From the NCBI RefSeq assembly GCF_004010195.1, contig NW_025215150.1, positions 1-37,586 of the forward strand: a stretch of 37,586 nucleotides of DNA. The letters run 5' to 3'. The first letter of the stretch is position 1; each line of letters opens with the position of its first letter. The notes beneath the pieces were generated by a model. It was not told the origin of the DNA. It searched no databases and was given only the letters and a program-made list of their open reading frames with translations. Shown one piece after another: positions 1 to 10,988 of this stretch. The translations under genes and the position numbers were made by a program. The DNA comes from Chiloscyllium plagiosum (taxonomy: Eukaryota).

Positions 1-274
1 CGAGACAAAGAGGCCGAATGTTGGCTGCCAAGAACAAGACATACCGGGCTTTGCCGACCTCCTGACGCCACGGCTCTGCGGCACCACGAGTGGGCCGTGT
101 CTCTGCACGGGCCGGAGCCCAGCATGTAACGGGCGACGTGCATGATTGTGGATTGAAAGCCGATATCCTGGCCTCACTTGAGCTGCAGCTTTCTGACAAG
201 GCTTGCTCTGTGGCTCGCAGCACCTTGAAAACCGGCCTATTTGGGCACCCGGTATGCCACTCGGCTGTCGGCTG

Positions 275-347
275 GCCTTCTTAGCGCAGTTGGCAGCGCA
301 TCAGTCTCATAATCTGAAGGTCCTGAGTTCAATCCTCAGAGAAGGCA
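275..347 (+). tRNA. tRNA-Met (elongator), anticodon CAT
   Basis: 73 nt GCCTTCTTAGCGCAGTTGGCAGCGCATCAGTCTCATAATCTGAAGGTCCTGAGTTCAATCCTCAGAGAAGGCA. Acceptor stem GCCTTCT/AGAAGGC, D-stem GCGC/GCGC, loop CTCATAA (CAT at 308-310), T-arm CTGAG/CTCAG. Matches the vertebrate elongator Met pattern. TTTT Pol III terminator at 375-378. Confidence 0.95.
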
Positions 348-615
348 AGACTGTGGCCTTTGCCACCGTGCGTGTTTTCTTTCTCTCCGCGGGCAAGAAT
401 ATTTGCTTTGGACGGCTTCACGCCTGATTTGAGCTGACCACACCAGAGCAAACGCGCTGCTGCAAGGTTTAACATCTGGGCGACACGTGCTCAACCTTTT
501 TTCTGCACAGCATTTTGTAAACTCACCATCGTGCTATCTGTGCAGCAGCAAAGACTGGAGCCACATGCGAGGTCACACTGCTTGCGTCCCAAACGTGTCC
601 CCAGGAAAAGAATTG

Positions 616-688
616 TGGAGAATGTGGGCATCGATCCCACTACCTCTCGCATGCTAAGCGAGCGCGCTACCATTTGAGCTAATTCCCC
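616..688 (-). tRNA. tRNA-Ala, anticodon AGC
   Basis: Reverse complement GGGGAATTAGCTCAAATGGTAGCGCGCTCGCTTAGCATGCGAGAGGTAGTGGGATCGATGCCCACATTCTCCA. G3:U70 alanine identity pair, loop TTAGCAT, T-stem GTGGG/CCCAC, one D-stem mismatch. TTTT terminator on - strand at 606-609. Confidence 0.93.
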
Positions 689-1056
689 TATGCTGGGTGC
701 TTGCCTTAACCCCATGGTGCTTCGGAACGATGAGCTGAGAGCAGCAGGCGATTTCCTCTCGAGATTGTACGCTGTATTCAGCCGAACAACGCGATGCGAC
801 TATCGGCACATCCGAGCAGCAGCAGCACGTGCGCGAAGTCTTCTGGAAAACACGGTGCCGCCGAAAGAATCGCCAGCGAGACGCTCTGAGATTCCAGAAT
901 CCAAAGGAACCGATCGGCACGAGCAGTCACCACTTTGGAGGCTGATATCCTGGCCTCACTTGAGTTGCAGGTTTTTGACAAGGGTTGCTGTGTGGCTCGC
1001 AGCACCTTGAAAACCAGCCTATTTGGGCATGGGATGTGGCTAGCCATCTTGCTGAT

Positions 1057-1128
1057 GCTCATTTAGCACAGTAAGCAGTGAGTCCATTTTATAACCTGAA
1101 TGTCTTGAGTTCAAAACCTACAGGAGTC
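1057..1128 (+). pseudogene. Decayed tRNA-Met copy in a duplicated tRNA unit
   Basis: GCTCATTTAGCACAGTAAGCAGTGAGTCCATTTTATAACCTGAATGTCTTGAGTTCAAAACC aligns to the 275-347 tRNA with broken stems and anticodon CAT>TAT. Upstream flank 941-1029 is highly similar to 159-247. Confidence 0.8.
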
Positions 1129-1505
1129 GTGATTGCAAGTTAGTGTCTTTTTGTCCCATTCAATTCTTCAGAGCTGGTGATGACATTTCTTTCAGTCTGC
1201 TTCAAGCGTGATTAGAACTAACCGCACCAGAGCAAATGTGCTGCTGGCCTTTTTAAAAATTTTCGAAGGGTATGAACTCACCATTCAGCTTGTGAGATTG
1301 TATGCCTGCAAAACCTCCAGCTTGTTCTCCGGGATCCCTGCACTCCGATTATGCTTTTGTGCAAAGTTGACGTTCTTGGCACTCTCCCCATCTGTCTCTA
1401 GTTTGTTGACATGTCCTCATTGCTATAAATGGTTCTGAAAACCTGCAAAGGTGACTAAATCTGTGATCATTAGATCAAATATCACCTCTCACTGTGTCAA
1501 ATTTT

Positions 1506-1779
1506 GATTAGTTTTGATTCCCTTACAGCGTGGAAACAGGCCCTTCTGCCCGACAAGTCCACACCAATCCTCTGGAGAATAACCCACTGAGTCCCATGTC
1601 ACTATGCTTATCCCTGACTAGGGCACCTAACACTATGGGCAATATAGCACGCCCAATTCACCTGACCTGCACATTTTTTTTGGAATGTGTAAGGAAACCC
1701 ACATAGTCACCTGAGGTTAGAATTGAACCTGGGTCTCTCCAACTGTGAGGTAGCTGTGCTAACCATGAAGCCACCATGC
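1506..1779 (-). mobile_element. HE1/V-SINE-like tRNA-derived SINE
   Basis: On - strand: tRNA head (gcatggtggct...ggttagcac...gacccaggttcaattc), body ggtcaggtgaattgg, and CR1-like tail gggcctgtttccacgctgtaa. Confidence 0.85.
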
Positions 1780-2289
1780 TTTCAATCTCTCCAGTACTGA
1801 ACTTTGCTGCACTTCTTTTTGTTAAATGAGATTATAAATATAGTTGTAATGCTGTCGTTGTCATGGAGCATTGGAACAGGAATGCGTATTCAGCCCCTCA
1901 AATCTGTTCCACAATTCAATCAGATTGTGACTGATCAGTTTCTTAACTACATTTCTGCAACTTGATTCTATTACTTCTGATAAAGTACTTTGTTGCATAC
2001 AGATAGGAATAGCAGACAATATTACATAATGCAGTGAAACAGTCAATGAAAAATTCTTCATTTACATATTTCTAATACATTCAGTACTTTCATAATCTGT
2101 TCATTAGAAAGTTACACAGAAATGGTTAACATTTTTATTGTTATTTTATTTTGAAATGAAAACTCAAAACATTTAAATCTTCAACATTTATTATATTCTG
2201 GACTTTCATTAAACTTAATTCTTGGTCTTCAAAATCTGGGCATTTGTCAAGTTGGACATATGAACATACAAATTAAGAGGTGGATTATT

Positions 2290-3764
2290 GTACTTTGCAT
2301 CAGTATTTACTGTGGAAAAGGATATGGAAGATATAGACTGTAGGGAAATAGATGGTGACATCTTGCAAAATGTCCATATTACAGAGGAGGAAGTGCTGGA
2401 TGTCTTGAAATGGGTCAAGGTGGATAACTCCCTAGGACCTGACCAGGTGTACCTGAGAATTCTATGGGAAGCTAGGAAAGTTGAGTGCTGGGCCTCTTGC
2501 TGAGATATTTGTATCATCGATAGTCACAGGTATGGTGCCAGAAGACCGGAGGTTGGCGAACGTGGTGCCATTGTTTAAGAAAGGTGGTAAGGACAAGCCA
2601 GGAAACTATAGACCGGTGAGCCTGACCTCGGTGGTGGGCCAGTTGTTGGAGGGAACCCTGGGGGACAGGATGTACATGTATTTGGAAAGGCAAGGACTGA
2701 TTACGGATAGTCAACATGGCTTTGTGCGTGGGAAATCATGTCTCACAAACTTGGTTGAGTTTTTTGAGAAAGTAACAAAGGGAATTGATGAGGGCAGAGC
2801 AGCAGAAGTGATCTATATGGACTTCAATAAGGCGTTCGACAAGGTTCCCCATGGGAGAGTGATTAGCAAGGTTAGATCTCACGGAATACAGGGAGAATTA
2901 ACCATTTGGATACAGAACTGGCTCAAAGGTAGAAGACAGAAGGTGGTGGTGGAGGGTTGTTTTTCAGACTGGAGGCCTGTGACCAGTGGAGTGCCACAAG
3001 GATCGGTGCTGGGTCCTCTACGTTTTGTCATTTACATAAATGATTTGGATGTGAGCATAAGAGGTACAGTTAGTAAGTTGCAGATGACACCAAAATTGGA
3101 GGTGTAGTGGACACCGANNNNNNNNNNNNNNNNNNNNNNNNNNNNNNNNNNNNNNNNNNNNNNNNNNNNNNNNNNNNNNNNNNNNNNNNNNNNNNNNNNN
3201 NNNNNNNNNNNNNNNNNNNNNNNNNNNNNNNNNNNNNNNNNNNNNNNNNNNNNNNNNNNNNNNNNNNNNNNNNNNNNNNNNNNNNNNNNNNNNNNNNNNN
3301 NNNNNNNNNNNNNNNNNNNNNNNNNNNNNNNNNNNNNNNNNNNNNNNNNNNNNNNNNNNNNNNGGGGCTGTTTTCCCTGGAGCGTCAGAGGCTGAGGGGT
3401 GACCTTATGAGGCGCATGAATAGGGTAAATAGGCAAAGTCTTTTTCCTGGGGTTGGGGAGTCCAGAACTCGAGGGCATAGGTTTAGGGTGAGAGGGGAAA
3501 GATATAAAAGAGACCCACGGGGAAACGTTTCACACAGAGAGTGGTACATGTGTGGAATGAGCTGCCAGAGGAAGTGGCGGAGGCTAGTACAATTGCAACA
3601 TTTAAAAGGCATCTGGATGGCTATATGAACAGGAAGAGTTTGGAGGGATATGACCCGGGTGCCGGCAGGTACGACTAGATTGGGATGGGATATCTGGTTG
3701 GCATGGGCGGGTTGGACCGAATGGTCTGTTTCTGTGATGTACATCTCTATGACTCTATGACTCT
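2290..3764 (+). mobile_element. 5'-truncated CR1 LINE (RT fragment + 3'UTR), spans an N gap
   Basis: ORF 2481-3107 has CR1 RT motifs [47 protein letters not shown]. Frameshift at FADD. 3' tail (ctctatga)n at 3745-3764. Confidence 0.95.
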
Positions 3765-4243
3765 TCAACTCTGATCTACCCATTAGTAACATTCGGGTTA
3801 GTCTGACTTTAATTCAGCTTCATATTCCTGCATACCCATGGTGATCTTTCATCTCCTTTTTCCAATTGTCACAAAGCTGTTCCTTTTCTCAAGGATACTG
3901 TGTCCTTGGTTTTTTTTCAAACGGTTCATAAACAGCTCCTGGTTCCAATCAGTCTGGTTTGGGACAGAGATGAAAAGGATTTTGAGACCTTTTGTTTATA
4001 TGTAAACAAATGAGACTTCAGGACAAAGTGGTCACGTTTTAGAAGTGACCTGTATAATGAAAGGAGAGTGGTCAGCTCTCTCGCTGAGCAGTTCAGTCCA
4101 GAACTAGTTAGAGGTTCAGCTGTGTGGGAATGGGTTGCAAAAAACTCTCTCTCCTTCTGCCCTTCTAACTTTATTTTTACTGTTTTTAAGGGGGTTTGCT
4201 TATTGGGGCTGCTGTGTATATATAGAATAGCTAAATTAAGTCT

Positions 4244-4401
4244 TGATTTGGAGATGCCGGTGTTGGACTGGGGTGTACAAAGTTAAAAATCACACAACAC
4301 CAGGTTATAGTCCAACAGGTTTAATTGGAAGCACACTAGCTTTCGGAGCGACGCTCCTTCATCAGGTGAACTATAACCTGGTGTTGTGTGATTTTTAACT
4401 T
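4244..4401 (-). mobile_element. Penelope-derived hairpin mini-element containing a minimal hammerhead motif
   Basis: Perfect 32-bp inverted repeat 4280-4311/4370-4401. TSD aattaagtct (4234-4243)/aatcaagtct (4402-4411). HHR motif on - strand in the loop. Confidence 0.85.
4334..4368 (-). ncRNA. Minimal type I hammerhead ribozyme motif (AGCU family)
   Basis: CAC CUGAUGA A GGAGC GUC GCUCC GAA AGCU A^ GUG: intact core, 5-bp stem II, palindromic AGCU stem III, CUA cleavage triplet, stem I CAC/GUG. Confidence 0.75.
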
Positions 4402-5668
4402 AATCAAGTCTAGTTTGGATGGACTGAGTTCTGTCGGGGTTCTTCTGTTCTTTGTGTTTCATTGTGTAATCTTGTGAATACATTTTTGTCTGTTTTAAAA
4501 CCTGGTAGTCAACCTCGCTACCTCACTCTGGGTAATTTTCACTGTACACTTACCAAACAAAATTGTCAAGTTATGATCTGGAGCTGCCTGCTTAAGAATG
4601 TTTTGAGTGGTCTGGCCTAGTCCATAACGCTATCAAGAATCCATTAATACCTTTTTTCAGAAAATGTTCATAGATTCTGCCTCCACTACTTATGAGGAAG
4701 AGAGCTACAAAGTGTCATGACAGCCCGTTAGGAAAAAAAAATCTTTCTATCTCTGTCTTAAGAGGGCAACCCTTCATTTTTAAACAGTGATCATTAATTC
4801 CATATGAAGGTTAAGAGAATAAATCAAATTGATTTGAGGTGAGAGGGAAAAACAATCTTCTATTACAGTTGAGCAAATAAATCCATTCTAAATAAAACTT
4901 GAAAAACTGCAGCTGTATTACAGCCCTGGTGAATCGATCATCAAATCTGCTTTGAATCGATGGCACAAATCTTGAAGGGCATTATCGAGGTCGGTTTTAA
5001 GCAATTTATTACAGACTTATAGCGAAAGAAAAAGAGAAACAAATGCAAATAACTTTTCAGATAGACATTAATATGCTTATCAGTAACATTAATAGCATTT
5101 TGTGTTTGCTTATTCTTAAATGATATCTTTCAGTAGTCAAACAAATTCCATTGTTCATATTTAGCATGTTCAAATAATCAATTCATTAGCAGGGATACGT
5201 CTATATGGTTCCAAAGTAATAACCCGGACGTTAGAAATTTAGAAACTCGTTGTGTTAACCAAACTCGAAAAGCCCCAATGTACAAAATATTGCCCAGTAT
5301 CCCTCATGGATTCCCACTTTAAAGCTGATGGATCAGTTCTCTATCTGTTCCAATCAGTGGGGATGCCACACAAAATGAAGGCAACCCTTCTCACAGTTAA
5401 AACTGCACTTGGTCTCCAGCAGGTGTTTTTGTGATTACGATGACCCATGCTGTGTCGAGAAAAGATTCTGTGACAGGAAGATTAGTGAAGATGTGTGAAG
5501 GAGATTTCTCTCCCTGTTTTCTCTTTCACTTTTCATGCCAAGCTCAGAGTGGCAGTTAACCTCTTCAGAATCTGGACAATGCTGGCACTACTTATCGACT
5601 CTTACAAATGAACAATTATGTTTTCCACCAAACTTGAATTCAATGCCCTAGCTGCATTCAGTGCTTCC

Positions 5669-5990
5669 GCACAGTGGTTCTGTGGTTAGCACTGCACCAC
5701 AGTACCAGGGACCCTGGTTTGATTCCAATCTTAGGCGACAGTCTGTGTTGAGTTTGAATGCTCTCCCTGAGTCTGCATGTGTTTCTGCCTAATGCCGTGG
5801 TTTCCTTCCACAGTCTAAAGCTGTGCAGCATGGATGGATTGGCCATGCCTGCAGCGTCCAGAGATATATAGGTTCGGTGGATTAGTAATGGTAACTGTGG
5901 GGTTACAGGGATAGAGTGGGAATCTCTTAAGAGGGTCGTTGCAGACTTAATGGGCCGAATGGCCTTTATCTGTGCTGTAGGGATTCTATG
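5669..5990 (+). mobile_element. HE1/V-SINE-like SINE, diverged
   Basis: gcacagtggttctgtggttagcactgc head, gaccctggtttgattcc B-box, V-domain-like gtctgtgttgagtttg...ggattggccatgc, tail gggccgaatggcct...ctgtagggattctatg. Confidence 0.8.
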
Positions 5991-7451
5991 TTCAGCAGGA
6001 GATTTCCATGGCCATGACTATCTGAAACAAACATATCACTGGAGTCTATTAGTTACGTTGGATGCTGCCAAGGCCCTTTTACTCCCCACCTCTGTTGGGA
6101 GGTACAGTGGTGAATGCTTTAAGGAGGTTAGCTGGAGATGTGAGAACTCTGAATGCAGTGCTCTTGAGATGGCTGTGATTGGGAAGAAACTGTTGTGCAC
6201 TTCCTTCTGGAATGCGCCTTTGGTAAGAGATGCAGTGGCTTTTGTTGAGTTTAATCTTGAGCAACTGCACTGTCCAAACCTCTCTAAGCTGGTGCAATAA
6301 AGTTTGGGGCAGCGGCCTAAAGACCCCACTTTGAAAGGGCATGGACTGAAACTCTCCTGGCATAACCCCCTAAGGCCGGAACCCAAACAAATGCCCTTGG
6401 ACTGTTTGCATCAGTGAGTTTGATAAGTGGCAACATCATCATGGATAGGCACATATGCCTAGTGACTGGTGCTGGATGTTGGTTCTATGTGGGCACTGAT
6501 CAGCAGGAAAGCAGAATGAATGATATCAAACAAAATGCTAAAGCTGGATCTGTAGCCCAGCCCAATGATTTAAAGAGATGCAGTTCTCTTAAATCTAATA
6601 TCCACATCATCTATAATAGTAGTAGCTGCCAGCATCTTTAATTGTCTTTCTCTCTTTTCATAAGTGAGGCATAGTGAGCTAGTGTGGCATCATTATAGGA
6701 ATGCTCATGCTGCATAACAGTCACTATCTCATAGACAGAATGGTTGAATGTATGTGAATTGTGATGCTGCTTGTATTATTTGTGGCCTCCACCAACTGAA
6801 CACAAAGAGGTCAAAAGATAATGGACACAAGGACAACTAGGATTAGCCAAGGATAAGTCTCTGCCACATTTTAAGAGTCTTTCATCAGCCATTCCTCCAT
6901 GGAGACCATTGAAATGGCTCAGTATGGAAATGAAGCGAGGTGAGATTTAAAGATCATTTGAAGCTAGATGTGTAAGGGCAAGAGAGAATAGTTTCTTATA
7001 TTCAAGTCCATTTGACATTTTCATTCTCCTTTAAAAGAGCATCTTGCTTTCTGAAATGATTTAACCACTTGGTTTTCTCTAGAATTGTGAAATGAGGAAC
7101 CGTGCTTAAGATCAAGAGAGAAAGGATCATTGCGTCTCCCGTCAGTTCAACGTGATGTGCTTCCCACTTGTCAAAATTGTCAAGACTTTTCCAACTTCAT
7201 CCCTAGTGCTGCTATGAAGCAGTTCGTATATAATTGTTCTTCAAATTCTGTTTCAAGCAAAAAAAAAGTTACAATCATCTTGTTTACGTTCTGCCCAGGG
7301 TACTGTAATATTATAAAACTTTCAAACAGTCTATCTGAGAGAGAAGGACACTTCACATTCAGTCACACCCCATTTAAAATTGGATTTGGTAAAAAGAATT
7401 CAAGTTTTAATTTGACTGACTTCCATCTTTGGCAAAATAAAGTCATTTTTT

Positions 7452-7920
7452 GAGTTTGATTTATTGTCACACACCAAGATGCATTGAGAAGTGTTGTTTG
7501 TGTGCTATATAGGCAGTTGGTATTATACAAAGTGCATCAGGGCAGCAAAAGAGAGTGCAGAATACAGAGTCACAGCAACTGAGGAGGTGTAGAGAGTAAA
7601 AGAGAGCAGAATTAACATTTGGGAGGTCCATTCAAAAGTCTGACAGCAGATTGAAAGAAACTGTTTTTGAATCTGGGTTTCCTCCGGGTGCTCCGGTTTC
7701 CTCCCACAGTCACAAAGATGTGCGGGTCAGGTGAATTGGCCATGCTAAATTGCCCGTAGTGTTAGGTTAAAGGGGTAAATGTAGGGGTATGGGTGGGTTG
7801 CGCTTCGGCGGGTCGGTGTGGACTTGTTGGGCCGAAGGGCCTGTTTCCACACTGTAAGTAATCTAATCTAATCTAATCTAATCTGTTTGTATATGTATTA
7901 AAACTTCTACATCTTCTACA
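7452..7920 (-). mobile_element. Rex/Babar-like LINE 3' end, interrupted by a SINE
   Basis: tttattgtcac ... gtccattcaaaagtctgacagcag...aaactgtttttgaatctg; reverse-complement similar to 15740-15953. Family assignment from memory of 3'UTR motifs. Confidence 0.5.
7676..7884 (+). mobile_element. 5'-truncated young HE1/V-SINE with (TAATC)n tail
   Basis: gggtttcctccgggtgctccggtttcctcccacagtc...gggcctgtttccacactgtaag(taatc)n. CpG-rich. aatctg on both sides (7670-7675, 7880-7885) as TSD/microhomology. Confidence 0.9.
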
Positions 7921-8691
7921 CAATGGTTATAAAATGTAATCACCATAAGGTTTGCTCAACCAATCATAGATTTCATGGGAATTAACTATATACTTGAGCA
8001 ATTGATGGATTTGGCTGTGATGTGTCCGGCCAAACATTAATTAGGATCATATTTTAACATTTGCGCGATTATTTCACCAATTTCACACAAAATTTGTGTA
8101 CTCTTTTCTCAATGTTCAGCGTATCTTCACACAGACCTATAGAGTGTGCTGAGAGATGCATAATTTGTATCGAAATTAATACCATTTTGGCATTTAGATA
8201 TCAAAAAATAGTGGCAAATGGGAGTTGGTTATTTTTCTGAACGGTTTCTTTAAAAAAAAAATCAGTCTTTCCAAAAAGTGGCTTATTCCAGTATGTTTCA
8301 AGGAGCAGATGACTGCACACCCCGTGGTCTTAATGGAAAAAGCTTTATACTGTGGTGCTTACCACAGGTTGAGTAAACATCTAAGTCATTTGGCTTGATT
8401 TCAGTTCAGAAAAATTCTGGATAGGTGAGCTTTTTTGATAAGATCTCAGTTCAAAACTAAGTTTTCAGCTGAGCTCAAATGATGGGAATTTTGAGTTTAA
8501 AAATAGGCAGAAGCTTTGTTTTGCTGTGTGATTTAAAATGATTCAAAATGCTTCCTTTAGCTTGGTTTGCTTTTTTATTCTCCATTTCTTCTTTTGTGTA
8601 AAAACTTCTGTCGAAGAAAGTCTGCTGGCAGATGCGATTATGTCCATGATTAACTACCATGTTAAATAACTAACTAAAACAAAAGAAAAGG

Positions 8692-10185
8692 TGGGGTGCT
8701 GCATTTTGGAAAGGCAAATCAGGGCAGGATTTATATACCTAATGGTAAAGTCCTGGGGAGTGTTGCTGAACAAAGAGACCTTGGAGTGCAGGTTCATAGT
8801 TCCTTGCAAGTGGAGTCTCAGGTAGACAGGATAGTGAAGAAGACCATTGAGAATATGGGTGTTGGGAGGTCATGCTGTGGCTGTACAGGACATTGGTTAG
8901 GCCACTTTTGGAATACTGTGTGCAATTCTGGTCTCCCTCCTGTGAGAAGGATGCTGTGTAACTTGAAATGGTTCAGAAAAGATTTACAAGGATGTTGCCG
9001 GGGCTGGAGGATTTGACCTGTGGAGAGGGGCTGAATAGGTTGGGGCTGTTTTCCCTGGAACTTTGGAGGCTGAGGGGTGACCTTATAGAGGTTTGTAAAA
9101 TGAGTGGCATGGGTAGGGTAAATAGAAAAAGTCTTTTCCCTGGGGTGGGGGAGTCCAGGACAAGAGGGTTTAGGATAAGAGAGGGAAGATTTAAAAGGGA
9201 CCCAAGGGAAAATATTTCACGCAGAGGGTGGTGCATTTGTGGAATGAGCTGCCAGAGGAATTGATGGAGGCTGGTGTTATGAAGTTGAAGGTGTGTACTG
9301 TACTTTTAAGAGAGGGTGAATGCTATTCTGAACTGAGAGATTACAAGCACCTATGTATATAGCTAGATGGCAGTCCTAGAATTTACTGGAAAATTGAAAG
9401 TGCATAACATTTGACTGTGAAATGGATATCTGAGCTTTGGTTGCTGTTTTGACAACACTTCAAATTTAAATTATGTCCCAGGATACTAAAACCCAATTGA
9501 GTTTGAATTTATTGTTTTGCCAACATTGAACCAAATGTGACAATCTGATGTTGGGAATATAAAATGCCGACATTTTGAAAATTAGAGAGACAGCAACTGC
9601 CATCAAGAGAGACCCAAGAAATTAGGAAACGCTCTCTGTCACAAGTACCTTTTCATAAGAACCATACTTGCAGTAAAAAGAAAGATGACTCAGGGGATCT
9701 TCAGCCGGAAGAAGACAGAGACCAAAGACAACAGCAGCTATATGGTTTTGGAATTAAGTTGATGTAATTTCAATAAGTGTCTTATTGGAAAAGCATATTG
9801 TTATAGAGTTAGAGGCAGGTAATAAGCAGTTAAGAGAAAGGAGGGCTTAAGAATTGTGAATAGTTGTTGGTTAATGTTCACTTTTAGGGTTATAAAATAA
9901 ATTGATGTTATTTTCTTCAAATAGTGGAATTTGGGAGTTCTCTGTCACTTATATTTTAACAGATTACAGTCCGAGGTGAGTTTTTCTGGGTGTTTGTTTT
10001 ATTAATAGAGGGGTTCACCATTGTGTCATTACACCAGTACAATTACAGCATTTAAAAGGCATCTGACTGGGTATATGAATAGGAAGGATTTAGAGGGATG
10101 TGGGCCAAGTACTGGCAAATGGGACTTGATTAATTTAGGATATCTGGTCAGCATGAATGAGTTGGACTGAAGGGTCTTTTCCAAC
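8692..10185 (+). mobile_element. CR1 LINE 3' fragment split by a solo LTR (pieces 8692-9274 and 10038-10185)
   Basis: ORFs LHFGKANQGR...RDLGVQVHSSL and VQKRFTRMLPGLE...LGLFSLE...RGDLIEV. Sequence gaggctgg|tacaattacagcatttaaaagg is reconstituted when the LTR is removed. Confidence 0.92.
9275..10033 (+). mobile_element. Solo LTR (759 bp)
   Basis: Termini TGTTATGA...TCATTACA (near-perfect inverted), 4-bp TSD ctgg/ccag, TATAAAA at ~9557, AATAAA at ~9896. Cleanly interrupts a CR1. Confidence 0.8.
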
Positions 10186-10749
10186 AGAAAATATAATCCT
10201 AAAATCATTCTTGCAAAATGTTGCTTAATAAGACAAGACCTCATTAATTAATTAACAGAAAGTAAGCAAAGCTCACGCTGCAGAACCCTTCTGAATTAGT
10301 TTCACGAGAACTTGTAGGTTTTAATGCATATTAAAAATGATTGAACTGTAGTAAAGACTCAAAAGGAACAAATAATTCTCAATGCTTAGACAATGAAACG
10401 GACTTCAAATAATGAGGCTACTGGGAACGTTAGTGCAATCAACAAAACTGCAGGGTTATTTCCTATTTTAAATGAAACATTCTCTTTGAGTTCCTCCCCT
10501 CCCAAGGAAAACCACCAGAGCCCAGAAGACAGGCATGGAGAGGGTGACCTTTGGCCAGGCCTCTGTTCACAGTGTTCTGCATCAAGCAGATTACACTTAA
10601 ATGACTGCATTTCAAAGTCAACTGTAATGTTGTCTTTGCTTCTGGCACAAGCATAGTGGGCTTCAAGGAATCATGCTGTACAGAAGGGATCCTCCAGCCC
10701 ATTGTGTCTACACTGACTATGAAAACTAAATCTACACTACTCCCACTTT

Positions 10750-10988
10750 TGGCCAAAAGGGTGTAGGATAGTGCAGTTGGCTAAATAACTGGCTTGCAAT
10801 ACAGAGTAATGTTAAAAGCATAGGTCAGTTCCTATATCAGCTGAGTTTACTGTAGAGGACTCTCCTCCTAAGCCTCCCCCACCCACCCCCACCTGAGTTG
10901 TGGTGACCCTCAGGTTAAAACAGTTCAAGTTGTCTCTCTGTAATTAGAAAGTGGCCCTCTGATCTGGTAGGACTGGCAACTTGACTTT
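10750..10988 (+). mobile_element. Second tRNA-derived SINE family (unnamed), full-length with TSD
   Basis: Head tagtgcagttggcta; core ggactctcc...ggtgaccctcaggttaaa shared with 28101-28317 and 25930-26040. 12-bp TSD tactcccacttt at 10738-10749 and 10989-11000. Confidence 0.75.

Larger units (their letters stand above)
159..1330 (+). repeat. Direct duplication of the tRNA-Met unit (approx. 159-560 vs 941-1330, offset ~782 bp)
   Basis: gc(c/t)gatatcctggcctcacttgag...gcagcaccttgaaaacc(g/a)gcctatttgggca at 159 and 941; caccagagcaaa..gctgctg at ~442 and ~1225; aactcaccat at ~520 and ~1275. Confidence 0.85.
3867..4629 (+). mobile_element. Probable solo LTR, with a nested Penelope hairpin element
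   Basis: TGTCAC...CATAACG termini, flanked by caat (3863-3866)/ctat (4630-4633) as an imperfect 4-bp TSD. Interrupts an old CR1-like remnant. AATACA polyA-like signal at ~4477. Confidence 0.55.

Noticed and set aside
90..1062. Short ORFs and CpG-rich sequence as a protein-coding first exon or Pol II CpG-island promoter
   Set aside because: Explained by tRNA genes and their GC-rich spacers; the ORFs have no recognisable homology.
5950..6386. Three overlapping ORFs of 94-116 aa in apparently non-repetitive sequence
   Set aside because: No recognisable domain or convincing splice-site pair; the + ORF starts inside a SINE tail. Left unexplained, possibly an old repeat.
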